From contig OZ242358.1 in NCBI GenBank assembly GCA_965208835.1, positions 4,160,001 to 4,224,000 on the forward strand: 64,000 nucleotides of DNA, given 5' to 3'. Positions 9,009 to 19,276 of this stretch are shown in pieces. The notes beneath the pieces were generated by a model that made no database searches, was not told the DNA's origin, and saw only the letters and a list, made by a program, of their open reading frames with translations. Position 1 is the first letter of the stretch, and each line of letters starts with the position of its first letter. The DNA comes from Candidatus Latescibacterota bacterium (GTDB lineage: Bacteria > Latescibacterota > UBA2968 > GCA-2709665). The position numbers were made by a program, and so were the translations under genes.

Positions 9009-9036
9009 AAGTTAATATCCGGTCACCTCCTGTCAA
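9009..9036 (-). promoter_or_regulatory. Sigma70-like promoter upstream of the aminotransferase operon
   Basis: Minus strand TTGACA-N16-TAACTT about 100 bp upstream of the start at 8909. Confidence 0.55.
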
Positions 9037-9118
9037 GCGCAAAGACGTGAGACGACCGCTTCGGGAATGGGCCTATGTCAGCCCATCGAAAAAACCATCC
9101 GGGTTGCTATTCAGGGAA

Positions 9119-11098
9119 TCAATACCACTTGTGAACGACGTGCCCCCGATTCGGAAACCATATTGCGTCCACGACCATCCCCGCCGTCACGGCGAGGATG
9201 TATCCGACGAGCATCCCCAGGAAAAACGGCATCGACCGCCGGTAGAACGCCACCCCGCCCGTCTTCAGCATGATCAGCTTCACCAGCCACGCCACCAGGA
9301 GCGTGGACCCCATGCGGCGCGCCGCCGGGATGCCGGACAGCGCAAACCCGATCGGGTGTAACGGCCACCTGGCGAACCGGTAGCGCATCAGATTCACAAG
9401 GACCATCGCCACGGCGCCGATCAGCAGAAACCAGTAATCGATCGCCTGCATCCTCGCCGGGTTCAGGATCTCGTTTACGGTCATCCCGTACTGCCATTCG
9501 CCTTCGTGGATGATCAGCCAGTTGGGTCGGAAATTGTAGGCGCCCACGTGGTATCCCAGCCAGATCGTGTACAACGTCGAGCTGATCACACCCACGACAA
9601 ATGCCGCGAACACACCCCAGAATAGCCGGCGTTTGTCCGTTCCGACGAAATCGCCCAGGCGGTTGATCTGCGCGACCAGCGGCATGATGAAGCTCCTGGG
9701 ATGGCTGACGGTGAATGACAGCATGCCGAAGGTCGCGCGCGTGGACGCATTCAGGGCTCCCGCGCCGCCAACCAGCGCGCCCGAGAGTTCCCATGCGGAC
9801 GCGGGCGGCTGGATATAGATGATTCCCGAATCGGCCACGACCTTGGCCACGAAGAGATAGGCGATGAACATCGTCGGAATCAGCAGGGCGATCATCCCGG
9901 CCTCCACCCCTATCCGCCCCAGAAACGCCGCGATGTAAACGCAACTGCCCAGAAGGCCGATCAGCGCTGCCCGATAGGAGAGTAATTCCCGGCCGACGCC
10001 GGGCGAAGACCCGCGCGCGTGAAGCGCACCCCGGACGACTTCGCGCAGGTGGTGCCGGGAGATCCAGATCCACCAGAAAACCAGCGACACGAACGCTCCG
10101 GCCGCCTGCCACTTGTAGGTCGTGGTGGTATAGGGCCCGGCGCCGTAGTGCGGCGAGGTGGCGACGATTCCTATGCGATTCAACGCGCCCGCTTCGATCA
10201 TGTACACGAAGTCGAAGAACCAGATGCTGAAGAGCACGTCGAGGCTCGCGAAATAGGAAAAGCAGATGACGGGCGTGCTGAGAAAGATGAAAAACGGAGG
10301 ATATTCTTTGGGAAGGAGGTCCCAGATGAAGCGACCGGTTGCCGTGGGGAAGCTGGGTACCATCGGGTAGAACCAGGCGATCATGTTCCACCAGAAGACG
10401 ATCGACGTCAGCGCGAATCCGGCCCAGAACACCTTGCCCTTCATGAACTCCGGCAGCCACCTCTCTCCGGACCCGGCCCGCGATGCCATCTCCAGAACCG
10501 GAGCAAGCGCCGGGTACACCAGCTTTTCATGGTCGGCCCACTGGCGGTGCAGGAGAACGGAAATACAGATACATGTAAAGCCCAGTACAAAAACAAAAGA
10601 GAGCCACCAGATCAGCGGAAGCCCCCAGACGTCCCAGGGAATCGACGCTCGACCCGGCAGCCCTTCATAGAACCAGGACATCGCCCGGCTATCGTTTGTC
10701 GGGATCAGCCATCCAGGCAGGTGCGGGTGGAGGTACTCGGTCCACCGGTTCTCCGGCGTCGCGAAATAGTGCGGGGACGCCATCATGCCCACCAGGTAAC
10801 CGCTGACCCCGTAGTTGGGCCCGATGGCGCTGATGACTCCCATGCTGAAGACCGTGATCCATTCAGACGGCGACAGGACGAAAGCGGTCCCGAACCTTCT
10901 GGCGAGCAAGGCGCAGCCCAGAATCGACACAAGGCACAGCAGCAGCACGCCCATCGGAATCTGGGCGACCATCATGTACGACCCCTTCTGGATGTAGCGG
11001 GCCGTACAGGCCAGCACGCTCATGGCCATCGCAATGCACAGACCGATTACGATCGACCGAAGCGTCACACGCGCTTCCGGCTGTTTCTCGCCTCTCAC
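9119..11098 (-). CDS. DUF6785/DUF6784-like polytopic membrane protein (putative transporter), copy 1
   Basis: 659 aa with many TM segments. YFATPENRW, RQWADHEKLVYP, WPLHPIGF, PFFLG motifs. Confidence 0.8.
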   Translation of the reverse strand: MRGEKQPEARVTLRSIVIGLCIAMAMSVLACTARYIQKGSYMMVAQIPMGVLLLCLVSILGCALLARRFGTAFVLSPSEWITVFSMGVISAIGPNYGVSGYLVGMMASPHYFATPENRWTEYLHPHLPGWLIPTNDSRAMSWFYEGLPGRASIPWDVWGLPLIWWLSFVFVLGFTCICISVLLHRQWADHEKLVYPALAPVLEMASRAGSGERWLPEFMKGKVFWAGFALTSIVFWWNMIAWFYPMVPSFPTATGRFIWDLLPKEYPPFFIFLSTPVICFSYFASLDVLFSIWFFDFVYMIEAGALNRIGIVATSPHYGAGPYTTTTYKWQAAGAFVSLVFWWIWISRHHLREVVRGALHARGSSPGVGRELLSYRAALIGLLGSCVYIAAFLGRIGVEAGMIALLIPTMFIAYLFVAKVVADSGIIYIQPPASAWELSGALVGGAGALNASTRATFGMLSFTVSHPRSFIMPLVAQINRLGDFVGTDKRRLFWGVFAAFVVGVISSTLYTIWLGYHVGAYNFRPNWLIIHEGEWQYGMTVNEILNPARMQAIDYWFLLIGAVAMVLVNLMRYRFARWPLHPIGFALSGIPAARRMGSTLLVAWLVKLIMLKTGGVAFYRRSMPFFLGMLVGYILAVTAGMVVDAIWFPNRGHVVHKWY

Positions 11099-11104
11099 GA
11101 TACC

Positions 11105-12445
11105 TTACTCATGGTCTTCCTTTGCGGCCGCCAACGGATTGATCCAGACGACGGCCCTGGTCCCCCAATCCGTGGACATGACATCGTCGTAACCGTCACC
11201 GTCCAAATCCGCGAGACGGACGATATTCGGCCAGTTGAGGCCCGCGCCGTCGCCGAGACGCGTCGCCTCCCACATGGTTCCATCTCCCCTGACGTTCCGG
11301 AACACGTAGACCCCGTCTCCCCCGTCGGAGGGCACCACGATATCCAATCGCCCGTCCCTGTCCACGTCTCCGAGGTCGAAGGAATAGGCGTGGCCGAGGC
11401 CACCGGCAATCCTATGGAATTTCCACTCCATCCCGGGTCCCAGGCGCTCCCGCCATGCCAGATACCCGTTTCTGAGACTGGTCTCGACACAGTCCAGGTC
11501 CCCGTCCCCGTCGAGGTCCGCAAATCGCGCATGGACCTGGGAAAGGGGTTTGTCGGAAAAGCCTGCGACCCATCGCCGCACCGAATCGGGCGATTCCACG
11601 CGGATGGAATCCCGCTTCCACCCGGTCCCCTTTCCATCGGTATTGATCAGGAGAAACGGCCGGGACGCGTGTTCGGAGGCGCACACAAGGTCCAAATCCC
11701 CGTCCAGGTCCACGTCGCCCGCGTCCACGCCGATGATGGGAGGCAGGTCCACGCGAATCGGCATTTCTTCCCAGGGCTCCGATTCGCTGCTGTTCTGACG
11801 AAACCACCCCACTTTGTGGCCCGACTCCGAGATGGAGGTGACCACAACGTCGTCGAGGTCGTCTCCGTCGACGTCCGCAACCACGGCCCTGACCGGAAGC
11901 TCGAGCGCTTTCGACCTGAGACTGAGTTTTCTCCAACTCTCCCCATCGGAAGTCTCGTATATCACGGTCTCGCCCGACAGATAGCAGGGGACCACAACGG
12001 CCGCGTTCCCTCCGGCAGTGCGGCGTACGACAACGGCGTCTTTCGGCGTGACCTGCCGGTCGTCCAGTGGACGAATACGAAACGCCAATCCTGAATCCGG
12101 CGGAGGCGCTAGGTTCTCCAGCCAGTAGACCATGCCGTACTCACGGTCCTCGTCCGGGATCTTTTCCCCGCCCGATTGAAAGGCCACGACGAGGTCCAGG
12201 TCGCCGTCCCGGTCGAAATCGGCCGCGTTTATGCCGTAGGAATTGGTCCCCGCGAGCGTTCCGCCCTCGCCGTCACGCAGATCGACGGACTTCCATTTCG
12301 CGGCCGCGTCGGCGCCGAATCCCCTGATATCGGGGCTGAGGGCCAGAATCTCGCGAGGGACCTGGGCGGCGGCGGAAACGGCGACGGCGCAGGCAACGGC
12401 CGCGACGATTCCCGGCCACAACGCCCGGAAGTCGAAACGCGCCAT
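11105..12445 (-). CDS. Secreted FG-GAP/VCBS repeat protein
   Basis: Signal peptide MARFDFRALWPGIVAAVACAVAVSAAA. Repeated DxDxDGDLD motifs. TGATG coupling with the upstream gene, so the track's longer N-terminus is rejected. Confidence 0.85.
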   Translation of the reverse strand: MARFDFRALWPGIVAAVACAVAVSAAAQVPREILALSPDIRGFGADAAAKWKSVDLRDGEGGTLAGTNSYGINAADFDRDGDLDLVVAFQSGGEKIPDEDREYGMVYWLENLAPPPDSGLAFRIRPLDDRQVTPKDAVVVRRTAGGNAAVVVPCYLSGETVIYETSDGESWRKLSLRSKALELPVRAVVADVDGDDLDDVVVTSISESGHKVGWFRQNSSESEPWEEMPIRVDLPPIIGVDAGDVDLDGDLDLVCASEHASRPFLLINTDGKGTGWKRDSIRVESPDSVRRWVAGFSDKPLSQVHARFADLDGDGDLDCVETSLRNGYLAWRERLGPGMEWKFHRIAGGLGHAYSFDLGDVDRDGRLDIVVPSDGGDGVYVFRNVRGDGTMWEATRLGDGAGLNWPNIVRLADLDGDGYDDVMSTDWGTRAVVWINPLAAAKEDHE

Positions 12446-13665
12446 CACGGCCTCCCCGGCATCTTCGTCGTGTGGATGCGCCCCCCGATCCCGCCCAAGT
12501 CCGCCGGCATCTTTCCTGAAGGACGATCCGCTCCGGGCCGGAAGTCCGGGACCCTGACGACCCTGGACCCTTCCTCGATCGAATCCACGGCCAGCACCGC
12601 CGGAGCCATCGAGTCCATCACCCGGTACACGTCGTACTCGAGCGCCTCTCCCTTGAGGATGGCGTCTCTGAAATACATGTGCACGTAGTAGTCGGCGTCG
12701 CCGTGGCCGCTTCCCCGCGCCTCCGGGGGCGCGTCGGTCCGCCGGTACTGCCAGTCGACCTCCATCCAGTCGTTCATCTGCGTGTCCGCCAGCCACAGTT
12801 TCGGCTTTTCCTTTCCGGACCGCCGCCACTCCACGCTTCCCTTCGTGCCGATCATCTGCCACCAGTGGTGGTCGCCGTGCGGCCTGGGCTGGTTGAACCC
12901 GTTCAGCATCCGGATCAGCGTGTCGTTCTCCGTCTTCATCAGCGCCACCTGAATATCCGCGTTGAGCATCTCCGGCGTCGTATAACTGGGCGGCCTGGTG
13001 CTCATCGACGTTACCTCGATCACGCGGTCCTCCAGGATCTTCAGCAGTATGCTCAGATCGTACGAAGCGGAGATGATGTACGGCAGGTATTGCGGACTGG
13101 CGGGCTCGGCCTCAGGGTGGTCGGCAAGCGCCTCAACCGGGTAATTCTTGCCGGTATTGTAATCCTGGAACCACTGATGGGTGCCGTAGTAACCCAGGTA
13201 CTGACCTTCGGCATAGGTGATTTTTCCCAGCATTCCGTCGTCCACCAGCTTCTTCCACCCGTCCACGAACCCCCAGAACCTCGTCTGCTCCGCCAGGCTG
13301 TACACCAGCCCCGTCCGCTCCACGTTCGTGACGATACGCCAGCATTCCTCCATCGTATATGCCGCGGGCACCTCGGCGTTGACGTGCTTGCCCGCCTCAA
13401 GCGCCTCGGCGGCCATGGTTCCCTGCTCCAGCTGCCTCACCACCAGACCCACAGCGTCTATACCCTCGTACGCCAGAAAATCGTAGTAGTTGCTGAATAC
13501 CTTTACGTCGTCGCGATAGGCAATTTCTGCCAGCGCCCGCTCCTGGAGCGGCTCGATCCAGTCGTAGATGGCCGTGATCCGGTAACCCGGGGCGCTCTGA
13601 AGCAGCCGGATCCAGTGCAGCCCGCGGTGGCCCAGCCCGGCAACGCCTATTCTGATCTCATCCAT
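12445..13665 (-). CDS. Gfo/Idh/MocA oxidoreductase, GH109-like
   Basis: IGVAGLGHRG, HVNAEVPAA, EGQY, GSGHGDADY. GGAGG RBS. Confidence 0.88.
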   Translation of the reverse strand: MDEIRIGVAGLGHRGLHWIRLLQSAPGYRITAIYDWIEPLQERALAEIAYRDDVKVFSNYYDFLAYEGIDAVGLVVRQLEQGTMAAEALEAGKHVNAEVPAAYTMEECWRIVTNVERTGLVYSLAEQTRFWGFVDGWKKLVDDGMLGKITYAEGQYLGYYGTHQWFQDYNTGKNYPVEALADHPEAEPASPQYLPYIISASYDLSILLKILEDRVIEVTSMSTRPPSYTTPEMLNADIQVALMKTENDTLIRMLNGFNQPRPHGDHHWWQMIGTKGSVEWRRSGKEKPKLWLADTQMNDWMEVDWQYRRTDAPPEARGSGHGDADYYVHMYFRDAILKGEALEYDVYRVMDSMAPAVLAVDSIEEGSRVVRVPDFRPGADRPSGKMPADLGGIGGRIHTTKMPGRP

Positions 13666-13839
13666 CGATGCCTCCATTCAAGTTGGCGATTTCGCCCGTT
13701 GAAGCCTAGAACGTCGAATTCCTGCAGACGCGCGCCGCCAGCCAACGCTTCGTGCAGGATAACTGATGCCCGGGATCGTTCCGGATTGCACCGGCGTACC
13801 ATTGGTACTCCGGTCGCGTACACATGATCCGCCTGCTGG

Positions 13840-14757
13840 TCACACGGGATTGCGCTCGCAGCCCAGCGCCTGCGCTATCGCCCGGATGTGCGAGGGGCCC
13901 GCGCCGCAGCACGCGCCGATGAAGTTGATGCCCTCGGCCCTGGCCTTCAACGCGTATTGGGCCATCTCGCTGCCCGAGACGATCATCGACTCGCGAATGA
14001 CTGAATTGTTGGGGCCTGCATTGCGATACCCCTGCGGCTGATATGCGATGGGGATGTCCACGGCTTCCCGCATCGCCAGGACCCCCGGCCACATGGTCAT
14101 TGAATCGCCGGAGCAGACGAGGCCGACGATATCCGCACCTTCGTCCGCCAGGACCTTCGCGCACTCCGCCGGCGTGGCGCCGTCGTGCGTCCGGCTGCTC
14201 GAGCCCATCAGTACCATCGCGGGCACGTCGGTTTTCTTACAGCGCGACAGGCACAGCCGGGCTTCGTCCAGCCGGGCGAACGTCTCCGGCACGAGCAGGC
14301 CGGCGCCCGCGTCCACCATCCAGGAAATGTGCTCGTCCCACTCCGCGCATGCCCGCTCGCGCGCCTGCGCATTGTCCGGCCGGTATATGTGCGGCCCCGT
14401 CCAGGACCCCGCGGCTGTCTGGTTCAGGCAGCCGGCGACCAGGGCTTCGCCGCCGGACGCCTCGATGGCCAGCCGGATTGCCGTGCGGGAAATCTCCTCC
14501 AGACGCGCGGCCTCCCCGCTCGGGCCGGCGCCCTGTTCGTAGCGGCGTTCGAGTTGCGACCGGCTGGTCCACCAGGTCTGCGCCTGCAGCACATGGGATC
14601 CGGCCCGAAAGAAATCCTGGTGGATCTGGCGCAGCGCGTCAGGATCTTCAAGGATCATGGCCGGGGTATCGTAACCCCGCCACCTCGCCTCGATGATCAT
14701 TCCGCCGTCGCTCAGAACGACGCCCTCCTCCAGCATCTTCAATATGTCCATGCCCAT
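13840..14757 (-). CDS. Homocysteine S-methyltransferase family protein (BHMT-like), paralog 1
   Basis: SDGGMIIEARWRGY, LQAQTW, PETF, GLVC, FIGACCGAGPSHI (three Zn Cys). Confidence 0.9.
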   Translation of the reverse strand: MGMDILKMLEEGVVLSDGGMIIEARWRGYDTPAMILEDPDALRQIHQDFFRAGSHVLQAQTWWTSRSQLERRYEQGAGPSGEAARLEEISRTAIRLAIEASGGEALVAGCLNQTAAGSWTGPHIYRPDNAQARERACAEWDEHISWMVDAGAGLLVPETFARLDEARLCLSRCKKTDVPAMVLMGSSSRTHDGATPAECAKVLADEGADIVGLVCSGDSMTMWPGVLAMREAVDIPIAYQPQGYRNAGPNNSVIRESMIVSGSEMAQYALKARAEGINFIGACCGAGPSHIRAIAQALGCERNPV

Positions 14758-14836
14758 CCTGGCCCTCCTACAAAAATCATGTCCGAGTTCCAATATAGAG
14801 TTCGGCGACTGCTGGCCTCAACCCCCTCGTTTCTCG

Positions 14837-15772
14837 TTATCGCGGACGGAGTTCGATGTGTTTCCGCTCGCAGTCCAGCGCCTGCGCCATTGAGCGCAGG
14901 AGCCGGATCACCACCCCGTCCGATCCACCCACGAAGCGGATATCGTGGGCGACCGCCTTCAACGCATACTGCCCCATTTCAATCCCGTAGACGTGCATGG
15001 CTTCCCGCATGGTCTTCCAGTGGCCCCGGCACGTGCGGTACCCATTCGGCAGAAAGGCGATCGGCGCGTCCACCGCGTCACGCATTTCCAGCACCACGGG
15101 CCACAGGTCCTCCGGTTCCCGCATGCCGCCCGCACCCACGACGTCCGCGCCGTCGCCTGCCAGAACGCGCGCGCACTCGGCAGGCGCGGCGCCGTCGGCG
15201 GTCATTTCATCCTCGCCAAGCGCCGGTTTGTTCAATCTTCCCTCGGGCAATGCGATGTCCACCGTCACCACAACCGGCAACCCGCTGCCCTTGCAGCACG
15301 CCAGCGCCAGTTGCGCCTCGTCGAGCCGGCCGAATGACTCGCAGACGAGCAGATCCACGCCCGCGTCCGCCAATATGCCGGCCTGTTCCTCCCACTCCGT
15401 CCGGGCGCGGTCCGCGGAACCCGCGTCATCAGCCTGAAAGGCCCCCGTTGGCGCCAGTGTTCCAGCCACGAGCGCCTCCCCTCCTGCCGCACCCTTCGCC
15501 AGCGCAACGGCCGTCCGGTTCATTTCGTCGATCCGGTCGGCCGCATTTCCGTTCTCCCCTGCGCCGAGCCCGGTTCGGGTGCACCGACCCGTCAGGGCTC
15601 TGATAACGCCGGCCCCGGCCCTGAAAAAATCCTGGTGAACCAGGCGCGCGGCATCCGGGAAGTGCTCGAGCGCCGACCGCGCCGAATATCCCCGGAGGCG
15701 CAACTCCTCCACGTTTCCCCCGTCGGCCAGCACGAATCCTTTCTCAAGCTCCTTAAGAATGGACTCCGGCAT
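14837..15772 (-). CDS. Homocysteine S-methyltransferase-fold protein lacking Zn cysteines, paralog 2
   Basis: ADGGNVEELRLRGY, CESF, GADVVGAGG (no Cys), FVGGSDGV in place of GxCCG. AAAGGAG RBS. Confidence 0.85.
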   Translation of the reverse strand: MPESILKELEKGFVLADGGNVEELRLRGYSARSALEHFPDAARLVHQDFFRAGAGVIRALTGRCTRTGLGAGENGNAADRIDEMNRTAVALAKGAAGGEALVAGTLAPTGAFQADDAGSADRARTEWEEQAGILADAGVDLLVCESFGRLDEAQLALACCKGSGLPVVVTVDIALPEGRLNKPALGEDEMTADGAAPAECARVLAGDGADVVGAGGMREPEDLWPVVLEMRDAVDAPIAFLPNGYRTCRGHWKTMREAMHVYGIEMGQYALKAVAHDIRFVGGSDGVVIRLLRSMAQALDCERKHIELRPR

Positions 15773-15837
15773 AAAATGACTCCTTTCCTGATATAATCTC
15801 GCGGCAATCTGCACAGATGGTTAATTTGCAGTCTCTA

Positions 15838-16041
15838 AATTCGGTGAGAGGGGAGACGGTAGACGGGAGAAGAAATGCGGGTAGAGGTAAGACGGTAGAG
15901 GGTAGAGATTTCCTGCCTTGTGAAGCTTCTCTTCCTGCCGAAGGCAAGGAGGGATAAATTAGCCGGCGAGGATATCTTCTACCGTCTTACGTCTCCCGTC
16001 TACCCGGTTTTCTCCCCCTCTCCCGGCTTACGTCTTACCGC
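15838..16041. repeat. 77-bp dyad element with heptamer arms, copy A (core 15904-15980, reversed orientation)
   Basis: Core matches 11 other copies. Purine heptamers (GGTAGAC/GGGAGAC) on the left, pyrimidine heptamers (GTCTTAC/GTCTACC) on the right. Confidence 0.9.
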
Positions 16042-18045
16042 TTAGTGCCAGCTGTGTACCCTGTGACCCGAATGCGGGAACCAGATGGCGTCCACGACCG
16101 TGCCTGCGATCACCGCAATGATATATGCCGTCAGAATCCCGATGAAAAAGGGCAGCGAACGCCGGTAAAACGCCGTGCCGCCGATCCTGAGCATGAGGAA
16201 CTTGATCAGCCACGCGACCAGAAGCGTAAGGCTTTCCAGCCTGGCGAATATCGTACCCGAAAGTGCGAACCCTACCGGGTGCAGGCGCCACCTGGGCAGC
16301 CGGTACCGCATGACGTTCAGGGCAGTCATGATAACGACTCCCGCGAGAAACAGCCAGTATTCCACCGCCAGGATCGGCCGGGGGTTGCGCAACGCGTCCA
16401 CCGCCAGGCCGTAGTTCCATTCACCCTCGTGAAGAATCAGCCAGTTCGGCTGAAAATTGTACCCGCCCATGGTGTAGGCCAGCCAGACCGTATGGAGCGT
16501 CGAAACCACCGTACCGACCATGAACGCCCCGAAGATTCCCCAGAAAAAGCGCCGCTTGCCTTCGGGTATGAAGTCTCCCAGACGGTTCACCTGCGCGATC
16601 ATAGGCAACGCGAAACTCCTGGGGTGGTTGACCGTGAACGGCAGCAGGCTGGAGGCGGCGTTCGTCGACGGGTTCAGCCTGTGCGCACCGCCCAGCGCAA
16701 ACAGCGCATAGTCCCAGGCCACCGCAGGAGGATCGACGTACACCAGCCCCGAGTCGGCGACCACCTTCGCCACGCCCACGTACGCGATGAACATGGCCGG
16801 CGTCAGAACCAGGATCATTCCCGGTTCGATGCCTATCCGCGATAGCCAGGCCACAATGTAGACGATGCAGACGACCAGCCCGAGAACGGCCGTACGATAG
16901 GATATCCACTCCCTGCTGTCATCCAGGGCGGAACCACCGGGGCGGAATGCCTTCCGGAAGACCTCGCGCAGGTGCCCGCGGGAGATCCAGAGCCACCAGA
17001 CAACCAGCGCCGCGAAGGCGCCCGCCGTCTGGAACTTGTAGCTCGTGAGGTTGTACGGGCCGGAACCGTAGTGCGGGGACGTCGCCACCACGCCGAGTCG
17101 ATTCAGAAGGCCGGCTTCAATCATATAGAGGACGTCGAAGAACCAGATGCTGAAGAGTACTTCCAGGTTGGCGAAATAGGAAAAACAGATGACGAAGACG
17201 CTCAGATAGATGCAGAACGGGGGATACTGTTTGGGCAGGAGATCCCAGATATAGCTCATGCGGGTGTTCATCACCTTCGGAAAGGTGGGATAGAACCAGT
17301 GCACCATATTCAGCCAGAAGACCGCCGACGTGAGTCCGAATCCCGCCCAGAACGCCTTTCCCTTCATGAATTCCGGAAGGACGCGCGCCCCGGTCCCGCT
17401 CCGGTTCGCCATCTCCAGGACGGGCGTCAGCGCGGGATAGACCAGTTTTTCGTGGTCCGCCCACTGGCGATGCAGAATCACCGACACGCAGACACAGGCG
17501 AACCCCAGAACGGCGATAAAGACGAACCACCAGAGCAGCGGCCCCCACCAGTCGTGCCAGGGAATGGACATCCCGTTCGGGAGCCCTTCGAAGAACATGG
17601 TGATGGACCGTTGTTCGTCCGTCGAGATCAGCCAGCCGGGAAGGTGCGGGTGCAGAAACTCCGACCACCGGTTCTCGGGCGTGGCGAAGTAGTACGGAGC
17701 CACCATCTGGCTCACCAGATACCCGCTGATCCCATAGGTGGGGCCCATCGCGCTGATCAGGCCCATACCGAAAATCGTGATCCATTCCGCGGGCGCCAGC
17801 ACGAAACGGCCGCCGAACCACCGGGCAAGCGCCGCGAAGATCAGGATGGAAACCAGAAAGAGGAGAAGGTCGCCCATCGGGATCAGGCTGATGGCCATGT
17901 ACGACCCGTGCTGGACGTAACGCATCGTATTGGCGAGAAGATTGACGGCTACGGACAGCCCGAGCCCGAATATGACAGCGCGGGTCGTTACGCCCTGGCG
18001 CACGGGATGCTGTTTCCGCGTTTCCGCCGTGCTGGCGATGGCCAT
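16042..18045 (-). CDS. DUF6785/DUF6784-like polytopic membrane protein (putative transporter), copy 2
   Basis: 667 aa, full-length paralog of 9119-11098 with the same motifs. Confidence 0.8.
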   Translation of the reverse strand: MAIASTAETRKQHPVRQGVTTRAVIFGLGLSVAVNLLANTMRYVQHGSYMAISLIPMGDLLLFLVSILIFAALARWFGGRFVLAPAEWITIFGMGLISAMGPTYGISGYLVSQMVAPYYFATPENRWSEFLHPHLPGWLISTDEQRSITMFFEGLPNGMSIPWHDWWGPLLWWFVFIAVLGFACVCVSVILHRQWADHEKLVYPALTPVLEMANRSGTGARVLPEFMKGKAFWAGFGLTSAVFWLNMVHWFYPTFPKVMNTRMSYIWDLLPKQYPPFCIYLSVFVICFSYFANLEVLFSIWFFDVLYMIEAGLLNRLGVVATSPHYGSGPYNLTSYKFQTAGAFAALVVWWLWISRGHLREVFRKAFRPGGSALDDSREWISYRTAVLGLVVCIVYIVAWLSRIGIEPGMILVLTPAMFIAYVGVAKVVADSGLVYVDPPAVAWDYALFALGGAHRLNPSTNAASSLLPFTVNHPRSFALPMIAQVNRLGDFIPEGKRRFFWGIFGAFMVGTVVSTLHTVWLAYTMGGYNFQPNWLILHEGEWNYGLAVDALRNPRPILAVEYWLFLAGVVIMTALNVMRYRLPRWRLHPVGFALSGTIFARLESLTLLVAWLIKFLMLRIGGTAFYRRSLPFFIGILTAYIIAVIAGTVVDAIWFPHSGHRVHSWH

Positions 18046-18049
18046 GGGT

Positions 18050-19246
18050 CTACTCTCCGCGCAACCCCACGCCGCCCGGGTCCGCCGGAAGCTCGCCTTC
18101 CGCCCGGTCCCGGTTCGGGCGAAAGTCGGGAACCCGCATCAGCCGGCTTCCCTCCTCGATCGAGTCTATGGCCCGTACTGCCGCGGCAACCGTATCCATG
18201 GCCCGGTACACGTCGAATTCCAGCGGCTTCCCCTCGAGAACCGCGTCGCGAAAGTGCATGTGCACATAGGAATCCGCGTCGCCGTGGCCGCTGCCGCGCG
18301 CCTCAGGCGGCGCGTCGGTACGTTCGAATCCCCAATCCACCTCCGTCCAGTCGTTCATCTGCGCGTCCGCGAACCAGACTTTCGGCATCTCACGGCGTGA
18401 CCGCCGCCACTCCAGGCTGCCCTTTGTGCCAATCATCTGCCACCAGTGGTGGTCTCCGTGCGGGCGCGGCTGCGTGTGGCCGTCCAGCATGCGAATCAAT
18501 GTATCCTTTTCGGTCTTCATCAGCGCCACCTGTACATCCGGCTTTTGAATTTGAGGATGCGCATAGCTTGGTCTCTTCGTGCTCATCGCCGTCACTTCCG
18601 TCACCCGGTCGTCGAGGATCTTCAGCAGGATGCTCAGATCGTAGGAGGAAGCGATAATCGGCGGGGTATCGTGGGGAAACGTGGGTCTGGCCTCGGGATG
18701 GTCCGGCAACTCCTCTATCGCATATTGTTCCCCTGTACTGTAGTCCTGAAAGAACTGGTGCGTACCGTAATACCCCACGTACTGACCCTCGGCATAGGTG
18801 ATCCTGCCCAGGCGCCCATCGTCCACAAGGCGTTTCCACCCGTCCACGAACCCCCAGAACCGCGTCTGCTCCGCCAGGCTGTAGACCAGCCCGGTCCGTT
18901 CCACGTTCGTAACGATGCGCCAGCACTCCTCCATCCTGTACGCCCCCGGCACCTCGCTGTTCACGTGCATGCCCGCTTCCAGCGCTTCCGCCGCCATCCG
19001 CCCGACCTCACGCTGCCTCACCACGAGGCCCACCGCGTCCATTCCGCCGTATGAAAGGAAATCCCCGTAGTCGGCGAATGCCGCCACGTCGTCGCGATAC
19101 GAAATTTCGGCGAGGGCCCGTTCCTGAAGCGGTTCGATCCAGTCGTAGACGGCCGTAATGCGGAAGCCCGGGATACTCTGCAGCAGCCGGATCCAGTGAA
19201 GGCCGCGGTTGCCGAGTCCCGCGATCCCAATGCGAATTTCGTCCAT
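18050..19246 (-). CDS. Gfo/Idh/MocA oxidoreductase, GH109-like; close paralog of 12445-13665
   Basis: IGIAGLGNRG, HVNSEVPGA, GSGHGDADS. Long identical stretches with 12445-13665. Confidence 0.88.
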   Translation of the reverse strand: MDEIRIGIAGLGNRGLHWIRLLQSIPGFRITAVYDWIEPLQERALAEISYRDDVAAFADYGDFLSYGGMDAVGLVVRQREVGRMAAEALEAGMHVNSEVPGAYRMEECWRIVTNVERTGLVYSLAEQTRFWGFVDGWKRLVDDGRLGRITYAEGQYVGYYGTHQFFQDYSTGEQYAIEELPDHPEARPTFPHDTPPIIASSYDLSILLKILDDRVTEVTAMSTKRPSYAHPQIQKPDVQVALMKTEKDTLIRMLDGHTQPRPHGDHHWWQMIGTKGSLEWRRSRREMPKVWFADAQMNDWTEVDWGFERTDAPPEARGSGHGDADSYVHMHFRDAVLEGKPLEFDVYRAMDTVAAAVRAIDSIEEGSRLMRVPDFRPNRDRAEGELPADPGGVGLRGE

Positions 19247-19276
19247 GCACGCCCCTCCGGTATTGATGTGCAGACT

